Source of the DNA: Planctomycetota bacterium
GTDB lineage: Bacteria > Planctomycetota > UBA11346
Assembly: GCA_038231435.1 (NCBI GenBank)
Contig: JBBRLJ010000055.1
Span: forward strand, 1-27,969
DNA length: 27,969 nucleotides
Direction of reading: 5' to 3'
Positions 17,456 to 26,615 of this stretch are shown here, in pieces (the first letter of the stretch is position 1; every line of letters starts with the position of its first letter). Made by a program: the position numbers and the translations under genes. Under the pieces are notes generated by a model. The model did no database searches, was not told the DNA's origin, and saw nothing but the letters and a program-made list of their open reading frames with translations.

Positions 17456-17488
17456 GGTGTCGCAGGCTGACGGGGGACGGTCATGGTC

Positions 17489-17532
17489 ATGACAAGATCG
17501 TATGGTTTTACAGCACGCCGGCATCTTGTCAT
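17489..17532. promoter_or_regulatory. Inverted repeat in the araC/oxidoreductase divergent intergenic region (possible operator)
   Basis: ATGACAAGAT (17489-17498) ... ATCTTGTCAT (17523-17532). Confidence 0.4.
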
Positions 17533-17676
17533 CAGGCCAGGGACCGGTCTCATGCTCGTGCATTCGCCGATGATGTCCCGGTAACCCACCCAGACCGCTT
17601 CAAGCCATGCGTATCGCCCGCCTTCCGGGGCCGCCATCCGTGTAGCATGATCGCAACCCCTTGTACGGAGCCTCCC

Positions 17677-18681
17677 ATGACCGCATCCATCCGCTGGGGC
17701 ATCCTCGGGCCCGGCTCGATCGCCAAACAGTTCGCCACCGGCCTGACCGTGGTGCCTGGCGCGACCCTGGCCGCGGTCGGTTCGCGCACGCTCGCCTCGG
17801 CACAGGCTTTCGCGACCGAGTTCAAGGCGCCCCGCGCCCACGGCTCGTACGCGGCGCTCGCCGCCGATCCCGAGGTCGACGCCATCTACATCGCCACCCC
17901 GCACCCGATGCACCGCGCCGCGGCCGCGCTGTGCCTCGAGGCCGGCAAGGCGGTGCTGTGCGAGAAGCCGCTCACCGTGAACGCGCGCGAGGCCGAGGAG
18001 CTGGTGGCGATCGCCACGCGCAAGCGCGTGTTCCTCATGGAGGCGATGTGGACGCGCTTCCAGCCGGTGATGTGCCAGGTGCGCGAATGGTTGGCGCAGG
18101 ACGCGATTGGCGAGCCGCGCATGGTCAGCGCCGATTTCGGCTTCCGCTGCGGCATGGATCCCAAATCGCGCCTGCTCGATCCGGCGCTCGCCGGCGGCGC
18201 GCTGCTCGATGTCGGCGTCTACACCGTCGCCTTCGCGGCGATGGTCTTCGGCGGCACGCCCGCGACGGTGATGGCCCAGGCGCACATCGGTGAAACCGGC
18301 GTCGACGAGCAGACCGCAGTGGTGGGATCGTGGAGCGGCGGGCGCCTGGCGCTGCTCTCGTGCGCAGTGCGGACCAACACGCCGCACGAGGCCTGGATCC
18401 ACGGCACCACCGGTCGCATCCACATACCGGGATTCTGGCACGCGCAGGAGGCCACGCTCACCCGCGACGGCAAGCCCGCCGAGACCGCAAAGCTGCCGTT
18501 CACCGGCAACGGCTATAATTACCAAGCGATCGAGGTCGCGCGCTGCCTGCGCGAGGGCCTGATCGAGAGCCCGATCATCCCGCACGCGGAAAGCATCGCG
18601 ATCATGAAGACCATGGACGAGATCCGCCGCCAGATCGGGCTGCGCTATCCCGGTGAAACCGCGGCGCTCTCTGCGCGCTGA
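17677..18681 (+). CDS. Gfo/Idh/MocA family oxidoreductase (dihydrodiol/D-xylose dehydrogenase-like)
   Basis: IRWGILGPGSIA, VDAIYIATPHPMH, VLCEKP, FLMEAMWTRF, GGALLDVGVY; GGAG SD before ATG 17677. Confidence 0.93.
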   Translation: MTASIRWGILGPGSIAKQFATGLTVVPGATLAAVGSRTLASAQAFATEFKAPRAHGSYAALAADPEVDAIYIATPHPMHRAAAALCLEAGKAVLCEKPLTVNAREAEELVAIATRKRVFLMEAMWTRFQPVMCQVREWLAQDAIGEPRMVSADFGFRCGMDPKSRLLDPALAGGALLDVGVYTVAFAAMVFGGTPATVMAQAHIGETGVDEQTAVVGSWSGGRLALLSCAVRTNTPHEAWIHGTTGRIHIPGFWHAQEATLTRDGKPAETAKLPFTGNGYNYQAIEVARCLREGLIESPIIPHAESIAIMKTMDEIRRQIGLRYPGETAALSAR

Positions 18682-18741
18682 TTGCGCCCGCTGGATCCAC
18701 GCCCTCCTTACCAGCCAACGCCCAACACAGGAATCCACATC

Positions 18742-19734
18742 ATGAAGTACGGCACCGTCGATGGCGTCTCCAAGCAGGTCTCGCGCATCGTCCTGGGGAC
18801 GATGATCATCAACACCAAGGAGCACGAGAAGAGCTGCGCCCTGCTCGACGCCGCGCTCGAGCTCGGCTGCAACACGCTCGATACCGCGCACGGTTACGCC
18901 GGAGGCGATAGCGAGCGCGAGATCGGCCTGTGGATGCACGAGCGCGGCAACCGCGAGCGCGTGGTGGTGCTGACCAAGGGATGCCATCCGAACCAGGATC
19001 GCAAGCGCGCGACACCGCACGACATCACCACCGACCTGATGGATTCGCTCGCGCGCCTACGCACCAGCTACGTCGACATCTGGGTGCTTCACCGCGACGA
19101 TACCGACGTCCCGGTCGGGCCGATCGTCGAATGCCTCAATGAACACCACCGCGCCGGGCGCATCCGCGCCTTCGGCGGCTCGAACTGGACGCACGCGCGC
19201 CTGCAGGAGGCCAACGACTACGCCAAGGCCAAGGGCCTGCGTCCGTTCACCGCCTCGAGCCCGAACTTCGGCCTCGCCGAGCAGGTGAACGATCCCTGGG
19301 GCCCCGGCTGCGCCACCATCAGCGGCCCGCAGCAGGCCGCCGCCCGCGACTGGTACCGCGCGGCGAAGATGCCGGTGTTCGCGTATTCCAGCCTCGGCCG
19401 CGGCTTCTTCTCGGGGCGCATGTCGCGCGCCAACTTCGAGACCACGAAATCCCAGCTCGATGGCGCCTGCCAGCATGCCTATTGCCATGAGGTCAACTTC
19501 CTGCGCCTCGACCGCGTCGAGAAGCTCGCGAAGGCCAAGGGCCTGAGCGTGCCGCAGGTCGCCACCGCCTGGCTCCTCGCGCAGCCGCTCGAGGTCTACG
19601 CGCTGGTCGGCGCGGCCAACCGTGACGAGCTGAAGGCCACCATTGCCGGTTCCGAGATCGCGCTCAGCGCCGCGGAAGTCGCCTGGCTCGACCTGCGCGG
19701 CGAGGAGCCAAGGGCGGCGACGGCAACGCGCTGA
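18742..19734 (+). CDS. Aldo/keto reductase
   Basis: VSRIVLGT, LDTAHGY, VVLTKG, SLARLRTSYVDIWVLHRDD, GRIRAFGGSNW, AYSSLGRG; AGGA SD before ATG 18742. Confidence 0.93.
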   Translation: MKYGTVDGVSKQVSRIVLGTMIINTKEHEKSCALLDAALELGCNTLDTAHGYAGGDSEREIGLWMHERGNRERVVVLTKGCHPNQDRKRATPHDITTDLMDSLARLRTSYVDIWVLHRDDTDVPVGPIVECLNEHHRAGRIRAFGGSNWTHARLQEANDYAKAKGLRPFTASSPNFGLAEQVNDPWGPGCATISGPQQAAARDWYRAAKMPVFAYSSLGRGFFSGRMSRANFETTKSQLDGACQHAYCHEVNFLRLDRVEKLAKAKGLSVPQVATAWLLAQPLEVYALVGAANRDELKATIAGSEIALSAAEVAWLDLRGEEPRAATATR

Positions 19735-19768
19735 GAGCGCAATCGGCCGCGGCCGGCTGGCGGGGCCC

Positions 19769-20668
19769 TCAGCGCGTGCCAGCGGCCCTGTACGCCGCCG
19801 CGAACTGCTTGGCGAACTGCCCAAGCGTGGTCGGCGTGGTGGTCTCGGCCGAACGCTTCTGCGTCGGCGCGATCAGGCCGTCGTTGAAGCCTTTGTTCAT
19901 CTCGATGAACAGCCGCGCCACGTCGGCCGAGATACCCATGCCCTCCATGCCCTTCTGCGCGTCCTCGTACGGGAACTGCACATAGGTCAGGTCGGGCTTA
20001 TTGATCTCCTTGCCAAGGGTCCGCGCCACGTCTGCCATGGTGTAATCCTTGGCGCCATGCAGCTCGAGCACGGATTTACCGGTGAAATCCAACGCCTGCA
20101 GCCGTTTGGCGGCGACCGCTGCGATGTCCTTGGTGGCGATCATCGGGATCTTCACATCGGGCCTCAGCGGGCTGCCGAGGAAGTTCATCGCCTTGACCAT
20201 GCCGACCGAGGCGAGGTTGTTCTCGAGGAAGTAGCCCGGGCGCAGGAACAACACGTTGGCCGCCAGCGCGCCGAACCGCTCCTCCATCTCATGCAGCGCG
20301 CTGACCGGCCCGGCGCCCTCGGCCAGGTGCCCGCCGATAGAACTCAGCGCGACCACATGGGTGGCGCCGCTGGCGGGGATCGCCTGCAGGTACGAATCGG
20401 CGATGCGGCGGCAGTAGCCGCGATAGTCGGAGGTGGCGAGATTCGGCGGGATCATCGCGAATACCGCGGTGGCTCCAGAGAGCGCCTTCTTCAGGTACAT
20501 CGCGTCGTCGAGCGAGCCGATCGCGGTCTCGGCGCCCTTGAACACCTTGAGCTTGCCCGCGTCGCGTCCGAGCACGCGAACGCGCTTACCCGCCGCGAGC
20601 AGCGCGTGCGCGAGCTCGTGGCCGATCTTGCCGGTGGCGCCGCTGACGACGTGGAGCTGGTCAGGCAT
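19769..20668 (-). CDS. NmrA family NAD(P)-binding protein
   Basis: VVSGATGKIG, VVALSSIG, FLRPGYFLEN, PMIATKDIA, LELHG; AGGAG SD before ATG 20668. Confidence 0.9.
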   Translation of the reverse strand: MPDQLHVVSGATGKIGHELAHALLAAGKRVRVLGRDAGKLKVFKGAETAIGSLDDAMYLKKALSGATAVFAMIPPNLATSDYRGYCRRIADSYLQAIPASGATHVVALSSIGGHLAEGAGPVSALHEMEERFGALAANVLFLRPGYFLENNLASVGMVKAMNFLGSPLRPDVKIPMIATKDIAAVAAKRLQALDFTGKSVLELHGAKDYTMADVARTLGKEINKPDLTYVQFPYEDAQKGMEGMGISADVARLFIEMNKGFNDGLIAPTQKRSAETTTPTTLGQFAKQFAAAYRAAGTR

Positions 20669-20895
20669 GCGGTTCTCCTGGGCACCGGGATAGCGGCGCG
20701 GATGCGCGCGCAATGCCTGGCGAGGGCTTCGGTGCCGCCCGCATGGAGATGGAAGGCCGCATCCATCGACCGACGGCACATCGATGGCGAGGGTGGCGCG
20801 GATGGCGCCGCGACGGCGAGCGTTGCCACGGGGATGACCGGTCGATGCTTGGGCCGGGCCATTGCGCGCCGGTGCGGGTTCGATCTCCTAGCGTG

Positions 20896-23259
20896 ATGCC
20901 TGCGGATCGCTTCTTGGCAGTCGGGCTCGCGCTGCTGGCGCTGATGCGGATGGCTGCGCTCGGATCGGCTGTCGAGCCGACGGGGCCGGGCGCTGCAGCC
21001 ACCTCTGCGCTGCCATCCGCCCTCTCGACCGCCAACTCGTCAGCCAGGGCTTTCCTGATCGCGCACCAGCAGCCCGACGGCAGCTGGAACGATGCCGCCT
21101 GCGCCGCCGCCGAAGCGGCCTGGAACACCTCGTCGCGCGCTGGCGAGCATCCGTCCAGCACGATGTTCTGCACCTCGCTGTGCGTGCTGGCGCTCGCTTC
21201 GCTGCCGGAGCCGAAGGATTCCAGCGACCCGGCGGCGACCCAGGCTATCACCCAGTCGATGGCGCGAGCCGTGGCCTGGCTGCAGGCGGGGCAGGACGAA
21301 GCCGGCGCGTTCTCGCCACGCTCGGTCGAGCAGGCCGCGGCCACCGCCGCGTTGGTGGCCGCGGCGCGCGTGCATGTTCCCGGCATCGAGCCCGCAGCCG
21401 CGCGCGCGACCGCGGTAGTGCTCGATCGCCAGCGCATGCTCGGCGAACCGCCGCGCACGGCCTGGCCGGAGAGCGCCGCCACTCCGGACCTCATCGGCAC
21501 CACCGCCGGCTTGTGGTCGTTGCTCGCGCTGACCGGCAATCCCGCGCCGCGCGGCACCTCGATAGACGACTCCGCCTGCTGGCTGACCCAGACCTTCGAG
21601 GTGGCGAACTCCGCGATCGTTCCAGATCCGACCATGGGAGGCGACGCTACCGCGCCGACCGCGCTGTTCCCTGAGCGCGTGGCGGTGGCGCCCAACGGCG
21701 AACTGACGGTGACCTACAGCGAGGCCGAGGTTCCGGCCACCGCGCTGGCCTGCTTCGAACTCGTGGGCGTCACCGGCCAGGACGATGCGGTGAACGCGCT
21801 CGCGGCCGCGGCCGAGCGCGACGAGTTCGGCGGCCTCGAGACGCCCTTTCCCAGCGCCGATGCCACAGCCGATCACGCCGCCGATCCAGCGGCCAAGCAC
21901 GCCGCCACGAAGACCGTGCACGCGGCGCTCGCGCCGAAAGCGAAAGCAGCGCCACACGATTGGCGGCGGCGCTTCTCCATGGCGACGGCACTGGCGGCGC
22001 ATCGTCGCGATGGCGAGCTGCGCCTACGCTGGCTCGCCCCCCTCGATGCTTCCGTCCGCGGCGAACAGCGCGCCGACGGTGCGCTCGCGGGCAGCTGGGA
22101 CGACGACGACGGCAGCGGCAGGATCGAGGCCACGGCCCAGGCGATGCTGATCCTGTCCGCGCTGCATCGCCCCTGGCATGCCCAGTTCAGCCCCAACGCG
22201 GTGCTGACCTTCTTCGCCCGCTGCCAAGAGGCCGACGGCAGCTGGAACGAAGCCTCCTACCGCAAGCTGTGCGATGCCGATCCGCCGAGCGCGCCCGACG
22301 CTCCTGGCGTGGTCTTCGCTCGGCCCGCGTACACCACGGCGCTGGTGGTCCTGTGCTACCTGGGTGCCGGCTACGACCACATGACGCCGAACAAATTCCG
22401 CGTCCGGGTAAAATCCGGCCTCGACTTCCTCGCTGGCATCCAGGCCGGCGACGGATCCTTCGACGCCGATACCGGCACCCACGCGCTCGCGACCATGGCG
22501 GTAGCCGAGGCCTACGCCATGACCGGCGACCCGGCGCTCAAGAACGTCGCGCAACGTGGCGTCATCGTGCTGCTGCAGCGCCAGAGACCGCTGCCCGAGA
22601 GCACCCGCGCGCTGGCCTGGTGCGACGGCGACGTGGCCGGCCGCTTCGACACCTGGGCGACCACCTGGAGCGTGATGGCGCTCAAGAGCGCGCTGGCCGG
22701 GCAACTCGACATCGGCGACGGCATGGGTGGAGCTTCGCATTGGCTGGACCTCTGCTGGAAGGCGGCCAATCCCGCTGGCGAGAAGACCCCGACCGGCGGG
22801 GCGCATTTCCCCGCCTCGGTGCGGGTCGGAGCCAAGGGCGTGGAGCGTTGCGACGGGGATGCCACCGAATGGGGGCTCACCTGCGCGGTGTTCCTCGGCC
22901 ACCGCTTCGATTCCCCGCTCGCGCGCTCGCTGGCGCGCTCGGTGCTGGTCGACGACCTGCCGCTGCTCGAGCATCCAGCGTGGGACCTGCACCGCGGCTA
23001 CATGGGGACGCTCGGATTGTTCCAGGTCGGCGGTGACGGCTGGGGCCAATGGATGGGCGCGTGGAACCGCCACGCGCTCAGCCAGCCGATGAGCGGATGC
23101 GCGACCGGCAGCGTCGATGCCGACGGCTTCGACCACGCCGGCATCCCGCACGGCCGGCTCGGCAGCACCGCCTTCGCGGCGCTGACCCAGGGCATCCTCT
23201 ACCGCTACCAGCAGGTCGCCTCGCCGAGCCGGCCGGTGTTTCCCCGCAATCCCAAGTGA
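20896..23259 (+). CDS. Secreted prenyltransferase/squalene-oxidase (QW) repeat protein
   Basis: Signal peptide MPADRFLAVGLALLAL; QW-type repeats HQQPDGSW, GQDEAGAF, EQRADG..GSW, CQEADGSW, IQAGDGSF; LCYLGAGYDH; HALATMAVAEAYAMTGDP. Start is uncertain. Confidence 0.8.
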   Translation: MPADRFLAVGLALLALMRMAALGSAVEPTGPGAAATSALPSALSTANSSARAFLIAHQQPDGSWNDAACAAAEAAWNTSSRAGEHPSSTMFCTSLCVLALASLPEPKDSSDPAATQAITQSMARAVAWLQAGQDEAGAFSPRSVEQAAATAALVAAARVHVPGIEPAAARATAVVLDRQRMLGEPPRTAWPESAATPDLIGTTAGLWSLLALTGNPAPRGTSIDDSACWLTQTFEVANSAIVPDPTMGGDATAPTALFPERVAVAPNGELTVTYSEAEVPATALACFELVGVTGQDDAVNALAAAAERDEFGGLETPFPSADATADHAADPAAKHAATKTVHAALAPKAKAAPHDWRRRFSMATALAAHRRDGELRLRWLAPLDASVRGEQRADGALAGSWDDDDGSGRIEATAQAMLILSALHRPWHAQFSPNAVLTFFARCQEADGSWNEASYRKLCDADPPSAPDAPGVVFARPAYTTALVVLCYLGAGYDHMTPNKFRVRVKSGLDFLAGIQAGDGSFDADTGTHALATMAVAEAYAMTGDPALKNVAQRGVIVLLQRQRPLPESTRALAWCDGDVAGRFDTWATTWSVMALKSALAGQLDIGDGMGGASHWLDLCWKAANPAGEKTPTGGAHFPASVRVGAKGVERCDGDATEWGLTCAVFLGHRFDSPLARSLARSVLVDDLPLLEHPAWDLHRGYMGTLGLFQVGGDGWGQWMGAWNRHALSQPMSGCATGSVDADGFDHAGIPHGRLGSTAFAALTQGILYRYQQVASPSRPVFPRNPK

Positions 23260-23326
23260 TCGTCGACATCGCGCGCGGCGTGGCCCGTCGCGATTGCGCG
23301 TCCTCGTTCACCGCCAATCATACGGC

Positions 23327-23827
23327 ATGCGCACGCCCCCCTCTCGCCTGCTCGTCGCCGCGCTGTTCGCCCTCGCCGCGCCCTCGTGCTGCCCGCCCGC
23401 GCGCGAGAGCCAGGGCTCGGCCGCGCCGTCCATGCCCTCCGACATGGCAGAGAGCCTGCGGGCACCGCGCGTGATCGGTCCCGAAGGCGAGATGGGCGCC
23501 GTCACCTGGACGGCCGAAGAGCTCGCCAAGCCGATCGCGGCGCACCGCCTGCATGCGACCGAGAGCGAAAGCATGCACCTGATCCACATCGGCGGCGCCG
23601 AACCGCCGCACACCCATGACCAGCACGACGTGGTGGTGGTCATGCTCTCGGGGGCGGCGGTGCTGCATCTGGGCGACCGCGCGATGGCGGTGAAACCGGG
23701 CGACGTGATGGAGATCCCGCGCGGAGTGCCGCACTGGGCCGAGAACCAGGCGCAAGGCGGCAGCGTCGTCTACGCGGTGTTCACTCCGCCCTACGACGGC
23801 ACGGATATGCATCCCCTGCCGAAGTGA
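23327..23827 (+). CDS. Exported cupin-domain protein (possible lipoprotein)
   Basis: Signal LLVAALFALAAPSCC; cupin motifs PHTHDQHDVVVVMLSG and PGDVMEIPRGVPHW. Confidence 0.85.
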   Translation: MRTPPSRLLVAALFALAAPSCCPPARESQGSAAPSMPSDMAESLRAPRVIGPEGEMGAVTWTAEELAKPIAAHRLHATESESMHLIHIGGAEPPHTHDQHDVVVVMLSGAAVLHLGDRAMAVKPGDVMEIPRGVPHWAENQAQGGSVVYAVFTPPYDGTDMHPLPK

Positions 23828-23953
23828 CATGGGCTCCGCGAGCCGAAGCGTGTCGCGAGTCGGCCTGGAAATCGTCGGCGATGGAGGTCGGGGCGGGTAC
23901 AATGAGCGTTCCCGAGGTCAGCCATGCCACTGCCCAGCCTACCCTCCCTCCAC

Positions 23954-24238
23954 ATGCCCAGCAGCGATGGTTCCACGCGATCGACCACGAGCGTGGGCAC
24001 GCGCGCCGGCCTGATCGGGAAAGTGCTCCTGTGGGTGATCGGCATCCCCCTGCTGATCATGGTCTTCGCCATCGCCGCGATCGGACGAGGGCTTTTCGGA
24101 ACCCACGGCGCTCGGCCGGCGGGCCCGGGCGACGACGGCACATCCCCGTCCTCCACCCATCAGCAGGGCCCTCTGCACGATGATCAACCCCGCGGCCCCG
24201 ACCGGGCAGGTCGGGCGAGGCGGGGCGTCGACCTCTGA
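23954..24238 (+). CDS. Small hypothetical single-pass membrane protein
   Basis: Hydrophobic LIGKVLLWVIGIPLLIMVFAIAAIG; fills the gap between same-strand genes; start 23954 or 23924. Confidence 0.5.
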   Translation: MPSSDGSTRSTTSVGTRAGLIGKVLLWVIGIPLLIMVFAIAAIGRGLFGTHGARPAGPGDDGTSPSSTHQQGPLHDDQPRGPDRAGRARRGVDL

Positions 24239-24315
24239 TCGAAGTACCCTGGCGGCAGCGAGCGGGTCCGCAGTTTGGACCTTCCTGACGCGGCTTGCCG
24301 CGCTTAGTCTCGCGC

Positions 24316-25494
24316 ATGCAGAGCCCACGCGACCGGCTGCGTTCCTGGCTGCCGCATCTGCTGCTGATCTCGCTCTCGCTCGCGGCGCTGTGGTGGCTGC
24401 TGCTGGTGATCGCGCCGATCCGCGAAGCGCTGATCATGGGTGGCGCCCTGGCGCTGCTCACCCATCCGGTGATCTACGCGCCGTTCGATCGTCTGCTGCA
24501 CCATCTGTTCCCGACCTGGCCGGCGGAATACCGCCGCTACTTCAGCTCGCTGATCTCCACCCTGGCGCTCACCACGCTGCTGGCGTGCTCACTGCTCGTG
24601 GTGCTGTGGGCGCTAGTCGGCAACGTCTCAGGGACCCTGCGCATGGCGGTGGGACTGGCCTTCCAGGACCAGCCGCAGATCCACGCGCTGGTCGATCTGG
24701 TATCGCAGCGCGCCGGCGCGCTGCTGCTGCTCTACCCCAGCCTGGGGCTGACCCAGGCGGACATCAGCACTGCGGTCGAGGGCTTCTTCGTGCACAGTCA
24801 CTTCGGACCGGAATTCGTGAAGTTCCTCTTCACCGGCACCGGTGGCCTGATGGTCGAGATCGTGCTCACCCTCACCACGCTCTTCTATCTCTATAGCCAG
24901 GGCGCCATGCTCGGGAGCTTCATGCTCAACCACCTGCCATTGACCCCACGCCAGCAGCTCGGACTGCGCCTGCGCTTCCAGCGCACCGTCCAGCACATGC
25001 TCGCCGACACCATCGGCAAGGCGGTGGTGATCGGCGTCTCGCTCGGCTGCATCGCCTGGGCCATCGCCGGGTTCAACCTCGTGCTGGTGGCGACGGTGGG
25101 GATGTTCGTGGGCCTGATGCCGGTGGTCGGCCACGCCTTCGTGTGGCTGCCGCTCGCCAGTTTGCTCGCGTCCCAGGGCCGCTGGACCGAGGCCTCGTGC
25201 CTGGCGATCGCGTCGTTCGCCGCCGCCTGGCTGATCGAGCAGGGTTCCTCGCGCATGGCGCGCGCGCTCGGCACCGACGATGCCTGGCTGAGCTTCCTGC
25301 TCTTCCTGAGCGTCATCGGCGGCGCGTTGGGTTATGGGCCGCGAGGACTGATCATCGGTCCGGCCGCGGTGATCACCGTGGTGCTGCTCGCCGAATTCCT
25401 GGGTTCGCTGTACGGCAAGGATGCGCAGGCCGAGGCCGCGGAGGCGGAGCTGGAAGCGAAAGTTCCCGGACAGCCATCCGACATGCAGCAGTAG
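24316..25494 (+). CDS. AI-2E family transporter
   Basis: IAPIREALIMGGALALLTHP, TLFYLYSQG, GLMPVVGHAFVWLP, FLSVIGG..YGPRGLIIGP; ATG 24316 follows TAGTCT. Confidence 0.88.
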   Translation: MQSPRDRLRSWLPHLLLISLSLAALWWLLLVIAPIREALIMGGALALLTHPVIYAPFDRLLHHLFPTWPAEYRRYFSSLISTLALTTLLACSLLVVLWALVGNVSGTLRMAVGLAFQDQPQIHALVDLVSQRAGALLLLYPSLGLTQADISTAVEGFFVHSHFGPEFVKFLFTGTGGLMVEIVLTLTTLFYLYSQGAMLGSFMLNHLPLTPRQQLGLRLRFQRTVQHMLADTIGKAVVIGVSLGCIAWAIAGFNLVLVATVGMFVGLMPVVGHAFVWLPLASLLASQGRWTEASCLAIASFAAAWLIEQGSSRMARALGTDDAWLSFLLFLSVIGGALGYGPRGLIIGPAAVITVVLLAEFLGSLYGKDAQAEAAEAELEAKVPGQPSDMQQ

Positions 25495-25670
25495 CAGCTA
25501 GAGCGTAGCAGGCTAATCCTGCTCATCGGTCGTTCATTGCGCAGAGGATGCCTTTCCAGCCTCCTGCAAAGCGCACAGATCCTGTGCTATTCGACAAGCT
25601 CTGCACGACCGCGCAGAAAGTCCACGTTCTCTCGAGCGGCGTAGAAGGTCATGCCCGTAGGATCCGCGGC

Positions 25671-26615
25671 ATGAACTCCACCATCCCACATCCCGCAGGC
25701 CTCTTCTCTGGGCGCATGATGGCACGCATGCAACTCGGCTCGTGGGCCACCCGCGACTCGATGACACGAGCGGCGCGCCGCGATGACCGCGTGCGCACGG
25801 TACTGATCGCGACCCGCAATCTCGCCATCACCGCGGCGTTCGCCGTCATCGTGACGGTGTGCCTGCGCACCCCCGTCGCCGCCCCGGTGGATGCAGGACT
25901 GTTCCCGCCGGTCCCGGTACCCGATCCGGTTCCGCTCGCCGCTGCGGTGCACGGCCAGGCGCAGATGCCGGTACTGCCGCAGCCATCCGCCCAGAAGCCG
26001 TCCGTGCTCGAAGCGCCCGCGCCCCGCCCCGCTCCGCCGGAGCTCCGCAAAGACTGTGAGCCCCCGCGCGAAGCGCCGACCACTGCTCCGATGCCCTCGC
26101 CGTCAGCTCCAACTCTCGCCCTGCCCGTGGTGCCCGCGTTGCTGCCAGTCACGCTGCCGATCATCCCCCCCATGGCCAGCGATGCGCCGAACACCACCGG
26201 GATCCGGGTGATGACCACCGGCTACTGCCCGTGCGAGATCTGCTGCGGCCCGGGCGCCGAAGGCATCACATCGATCCGCCGAGACGTGCATCGCCATCCA
26301 CGCGGCCTCGCCGTCGATCCCACGCTCATCCCCTATCGGACGGTGCTCACCGTGCCGGGATACGGCACCGCCATGGCGGACGACACCGGCGCGGCCATGC
26401 GCCACGATGGCGACGCGGGCGTGGTGCACATCGACCTGCGCTTCCGCACCCACTCCCAGGCCAAGGCCTGGGGCGTGCGCTGGGTCACCATCGAGGTCCC
26501 CGATTCGATCCTGGCCGCGACCCTCGCCACGCCTGCCGCCGATCAACCCGGGGATCATGCAGGCGAAGCCGAGTCCAAGCCCGAGCCGAGCATGGCGTCC
26601 GAGGGCAAGCACTGA
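25671..26615 (+). CDS. 3D (Asp-Asp-Asp) domain protein with membrane anchor and Pro-rich linker
   Basis: TTGYCPCEICCG..GITS..LAVDPTLIPY..VPGYG..ADDTGAAM..HIDLRF..AKAWG; TM segment AITAAFAVIVTVCL; start 25671 or later. Confidence 0.85.
   Translation: MNSTIPHPAGLFSGRMMARMQLGSWATRDSMTRAARRDDRVRTVLIATRNLAITAAFAVIVTVCLRTPVAAPVDAGLFPPVPVPDPVPLAAAVHGQAQMPVLPQPSAQKPSVLEAPAPRPAPPELRKDCEPPREAPTTAPMPSPSAPTLALPVVPALLPVTLPIIPPMASDAPNTTGIRVMTTGYCPCEICCGPGAEGITSIRRDVHRHPRGLAVDPTLIPYRTVLTVPGYGTAMADDTGAAMRHDGDAGVVHIDLRFRTHSQAKAWGVRWVTIEVPDSILAATLATPAADQPGDHAGEAESKPEPSMASEGKH

Noticed and set aside
17452..19020. 522-aa minus ORF opposite the Gfo/Idh/MocA and AKR genes (and similar shadows such as 19643-20896 and 22024-23151)
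   Set aside because: Antisense to motif-supported genes, with no family signatures.
20896..23259. Squalene-hopene cyclase call
   Set aside because: It has QW-like repeats but also a signal peptide, and lacks the catalytic DxDD motif in the expected context.
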